Made by a program: the position numbers and the translations under genes. Under the pieces are notes generated by a model. It was given only the letters and a program-made list of their open reading frames with translations. It did not search any database and was not told the origin of the DNA. Below are positions 59,439 to 64,000 of a stretch of 64,000 nt of DNA, piece after piece (within the stretch, counting starts at the first letter, position 1; every line of letters begins with the position of its first letter). The DNA comes from Bugula neritina (Eukaryota; Animalia; Bryozoa): contig OZ037768.1 in the NCBI GenBank assembly GCA_964035545.1, positions 10,200,741 to 10,264,740 of the forward strand. Direction: 5' to 3'.

Positions 59439-60618
59439 TGTTTCATGACTTGGAGCATTGCTGTTATATTTTATACTCAACTTTCTAGACTCTCTTGCCT
59501 TATGGATGTGCTAAATTTTTCCTCAGCTTAAAATCTTGCTTTACTAAAAACAGCCTAAGCTAACCAATCTTTATCTTCCACAGCAATTCATACTCTATAT
59601 ATCATAATTACCGGTAATTGTTTTTTAAATTCTTATATTTTTCTTACTTTCTAGCGCAATACTGTTATGCTAAGGAATATTTATTTTATTATGTTAACTT
59701 GATGATCATTGGATACGGAGCATAGCAAAGTATTTGATACAAATATATGATGTACAATAGTGTGTAATTGACCACATGTGGACATTATCAAAGTTCCTCA
59801 ATTTTTACCAAGATTTGTTCACTAAAGATGCTGCCTTGCTTGCAAAATATGTAAAGATCATGCATGCGGGCTGCAACCATTATTTATATATTTTATGACC
59901 CAAAATACTACAGACTTGTGATGTTTAATGAATTGAATTTATTTTTAATCTTTTTAAATTGATGGCAATGTTTGTCATATAATGATATATTATAAAGTAT
60001 ATTATTTCTAAAGTTGAAACCATTGTACTTGTAAAAATAATAAAGCCATGTATAACCAAGAATGTACACCTGAAATATTTCATCACCAAGACATAGCACC
60101 ATGGAGAACAACAGTCTTTAGAGGTAACACTGTGTTATGATAAATATAATTTTAGTAAAACATTAACCTAGCTGACAACGCAGCTCTCTATGACTTTAGT
60201 ACAGTGAAACTATGCGGAGGCTTAGATTAGCAGTCTCGCCTGTGAAAATATAGTAAGAGTGGTTAAAGCAAAAGTGTTCAAACACTGTTCTAAGAGGCAA
60301 CCAGACTTGGAAAAACATCCAACAAGTTCCAGTGGCTAACGATGACTAAAATTTCTCATCAGAGCAGACCAACTTATAGAAAGAGAACACTATACAATTC
60401 AGTAACTTTAATGTTGAATTACACTGCAATTTAATCAATCACACTAAAACTTCAGATTTGCAGGGACAATAATATGCATCATAGCAGTTATCTGCAGCTC
60501 AAATACACATTCGAACAACTTAAGCACCATTTAGAAAATCAGCAATTATATGGATATTCACCATTTTCAAAGACCATAATCATTCATATTATACTCATCT
60601 TACAAACCAGATATACCC

Positions 60619-63600
60619 CTAAAGAAAGTTAGGCTTCCTCTTCAGCTGTTTTGGTTGTTTTGAATTTTTCATGTCATACTCTGTAATACATTACAATAAT
60701 ATTTAAACTAGATAAACATAAAAAATAGTTTGTTTCTATTAAATTTTAGCAACAAGGGTTTAAAATATTTTATTGAGATGAAATTTCACTACAATTTGCA
60801 CCCATACCTGTATTAGATACACTGGAAAGAGAGATATATGATGGAAGAGCTTCTGTTATTTCTTCTCTCAATATCTCCAGGGAGTCTGAACTTTCTTTTC
60901 TACTAAAAAAATCTTCAACATAAAATTGACAATTTACTAATAAAAAATATCAAGCAACTTGCCCTATGCTTGTTGGCAACTTTTTGCCACTATTTTAAAC
61001 ACCAACCATTACAACCTACCCAACAGCAGATACTTTATCCCTATGCTTATATTCAAGTTGCACAGTCTGTTTAGATGGTTTCTTTGGGTGTCTCAGTTTA
61101 CACCTGGTACCTTTAGGGCAACCTCCATTATCATCTCGATTAGGGCATATATCTGTATGCAGTTTTTTGCACTACATAAAAATCTAAGAATTAGTGTTGC
61201 AAAATTATACCACGGTTTTCATACAAAACTAAGACAACATTTGAACAAGCATTAAAGGTCTTCTGTCACACAGTACATTTTTACAATAGTAAATTTGAGT
61301 TTGATTGATTCTGATAAACATAATACTTTTAAAAAGAAGAACTATATTCCACAACATTAGAAAACAAAAATGCCAGGAAGGGAGGGAGTATAATTTAACC
61401 TTACTATCACCTTCAAATGTCAGGTACTTATATCTCATAAAACCAGTAAATCTGAAGCTTAATAATCATAAACAAGTCTAAAAGATAGTTTAAGTTTTTA
61501 GATTTAGAACATAGTTGAATAAACTACCACACGATACCCGTGGTTTTAACCCTTATTAAATATGAAGACATACAAAATGGATCCTTACAGCAACAGTAAC
61601 TACCCACCTCTATAGGCTGACCTACCTTCTCCCCTAGATGACAGTATTTAAACACAGCAAAGCTTTTACATATCGGAGCATTCTTGCCAACGTTTACATG
61701 CAGATACGGGCAATTATCCCGAAGACAACAACCACGGAGAAAGTGCTGGCAAACTGGCACTTTTTCTTTCCTTGCTTCATGAGAAAATGAGCAGTTTTCA
61801 ATTGTGCATGTTCCTCTCAGATATCTACCAATATTGCATAAATAGAGTGATGCGACTTAGATAACCAAACTGAGTATAACACAGCAACACCTAGCCGGTA
61901 CACAGTATAACTTACTAATGCCACAATGTGTGTTTGACACATTGTTCAAGTAAACAGCAATAATATAACATAATATGTGCACAGTAGCGCGCATGCACAC
62001 AAACAGACACTCTCGCACTAACACACACGAACCAATGCACGCACACTCGCACACACATATTATAATAAATGTATATTATTTTCGAGAGGCGGCGATAAAT
62101 AAACATCTCACTACGCAATATTATTCTCATGTAAAAGCAGAGCACACAATACCTACCTGGTACAGACAGCCACCCGTTCGGGATTATGGATAAAATAGCA
62201 TTTATCTCCCCTCTTACATTTTCCATAGCGCATATAATACAAACATTGTTTTTCATTTGTGTTATTTTTCTTATACTTTGCACGAATACTCAGGGTTGCA
62301 CTCTTTTGCAGATAATGACTACAAAAAAGCAATAATGTTTGAAAAACTAGAATTTCACAAGATGTGGATGCTATGTGTTTCTTTCCACATAAAAGCCCCA
62401 AGAATATAAAAAGTTTGAAATTTCTAATGTAAATTTAGTCAACCTATTCAAATACTTTAATGCATTGCTAAAATTACTGCACACATCAACATTACTGCAT
62501 ATCCACTTACAGCAAAGATTGCGCACATTATTAATTCTACACATGATAAAAGTTCCGTTGTAGCTGAAACGAAATTATTAATTACACAAAGTTGACTTGA
62601 AAAGTTTTACACACGAAGTGAAAATAAAATACCACAGACCTAAATTTGTGACACTGTTTGTAGGTCAACACATGTAAAAAAGCAAGGGTATAAGTCAAAT
62701 TAATGCTGATGAGCTCAACAAGTAGCAGATCAGAAACCCACCTTGCTAATTTCCTTAGCACCACTGTTTTGTCACCAGTCCTCCTAGCACTAGATAATGT
62801 AGGTGCACCTGCAATATATACATTTAATAAAGATCAAAGTCCAACAGCACACCACCAATTTTTTCACACATCCATTTTACAATTTGATACGGAGAACTTA
62901 CCGCCTGTAATAGTTGTAGTAGTACGGCTAACAAGCTTGTGAGGAGACATAAAGGTATATGAAGACCTTAGGTCACTTCTAACCCACTTCAGGCTGCGTC
63001 TATGCGGCTTCTTCTTTAAGGATAACACCTTAATTGGCTTTCTTGTTGCACTAAGTCTATCGATTTTGTACCGATTATGGGTTGTCATGGCAGGTTTACG
63101 ATGGTCAACTTTGAATGGAGATGAGTACTTTCGCTTTTTTAAAAGAGGAGAAGAGCCTTGAGAAGAAAACTTAGCGTGACTTTTCTTCAGCTCAGCAGAT
63201 CTTCTACGTATTTTATACTTAGAAATGATTCGTTTACCTGATTTGGAAAGATGTGGTGAAAATCGGGTTTTGTTTGCCGGCTTAGACCGATTACTCCAAG
63301 AAAGTCGTTTTTTTACAAGTTTATATTTGCCTACTGGCTGTAGTAGTTTCTCTGTTTTATGAGCAGTGACAGTTTGCTTTGGACTGATAAATGGTGACTT
63401 CTGATTTGATATACTAGTGCTTGCAACCACAGCATCTGTAGGTATTGTACAAGACTTTGAATTATTTTGAGAGAGCAAGTTTTTATTCACCCAAACATAT
63501 TTGTTGCTTCTTTGTTTTGTTAGCAGAGATTCTGTAGAAGCAGCTTTGTCATTTGACGATTTTGGCAAATAGCAACACTCATTAGCAGTCACCACCATCG

Positions 63601-63714
63601 GTGTCTTAACAAACCTGTGACTTTTAGAACTGAGTGAATGAGAACTTTTGGAACCTGAAGAAATCGGTGACTTGGAAGGCTTTACCACTCTGCGTTGTTG
63701 GATTTGCTGATCAG
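60619..63714 (-). CDS. ZC3H3: CCCH zinc-finger protein ZC3H3-like (3' exons only; the 5' part lies beyond the window)
   Basis: Five tandem CCCH fingers: CLYYMRYGKCKRGDKCYFIHNPERVAVCTR|YLRGTC..CSFSH..EKVPVCQHFLRGCCLRDNCPYLHVNVGKNAPIC...CHLGEK|CKKLH..., preceded by a long Lys/Ser-rich exon. Ends KRKPNFL* at 60619. Confidence 0.88.
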
Positions 63715-64000
63715 CTATAAAAATTGTAACTAAAAGGTAAAATGATGTAGACATACAATTAAAGTTACACATAATTATAAGATAAAGGTAATAAAATCTT
63801 GCAAGTCAACCTAGAAATTTTACAGCATTGGCTTCAGTTTGCAATATGAATGGAACCATTAGATTTTATATAAATATATAACTAGTTTCAAATTACATGT
63901 AACCTAAATGTAAAATAATTCTAAATAAAACTTAGTTACTACAAACTACAACAGATTTGATGACTTGTGAACTGTATGCAGAGCCCAAAGTACTTATCTG

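Overview
AT-rich, intron-rich but gene-dense genomic DNA from an animal, most likely an invertebrate (spliceosomal GT-AG introns, a Morgue-type gene). It is not prokaryotic and has no CRISPR or rRNA. Eight spliced host genes lie mostly in head-to-head and tail-to-tail pairs: ABCD3-like (-), SDHAF4 (+, absent from the ORF track), NCBP1 (-), RSL24D1 (+), TMEM248 (+), IARS1 (-), a Morgue-like zinc finger/F-box/Cys-to-Gly pseudo-E2 gene (+), and the 3' part of ZC3H3 (-). The most notable content is in two ABCD3 introns. (1) A 7,450-bp Ty3/Gypsy element (9137-16586) has apparently identical 305-bp LTRs, an ATAG TSD, a tRNA-Leu PBS and a -1 frameshift cassette. Its third ORF, at the env position, encodes a two-zinc-finger plus coiled-coil protein rather than an envelope, while the Gag zinc knuckle has lost all three cysteines. 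(2) A 335-bp miniature LTR-like element (6199-6533; TG...CA, ATACC TSD) has terminal repeats that are mostly a tRNA-like sequence. Other observations are a minisatellite made of about 18 copies of an IARS1 splice acceptor, several MITEs and a SINE, and hexamer-periodic tracts near most gene 5' ends. All coordinates were read by eye and all gene names come from remembered motifs; no searches were run.
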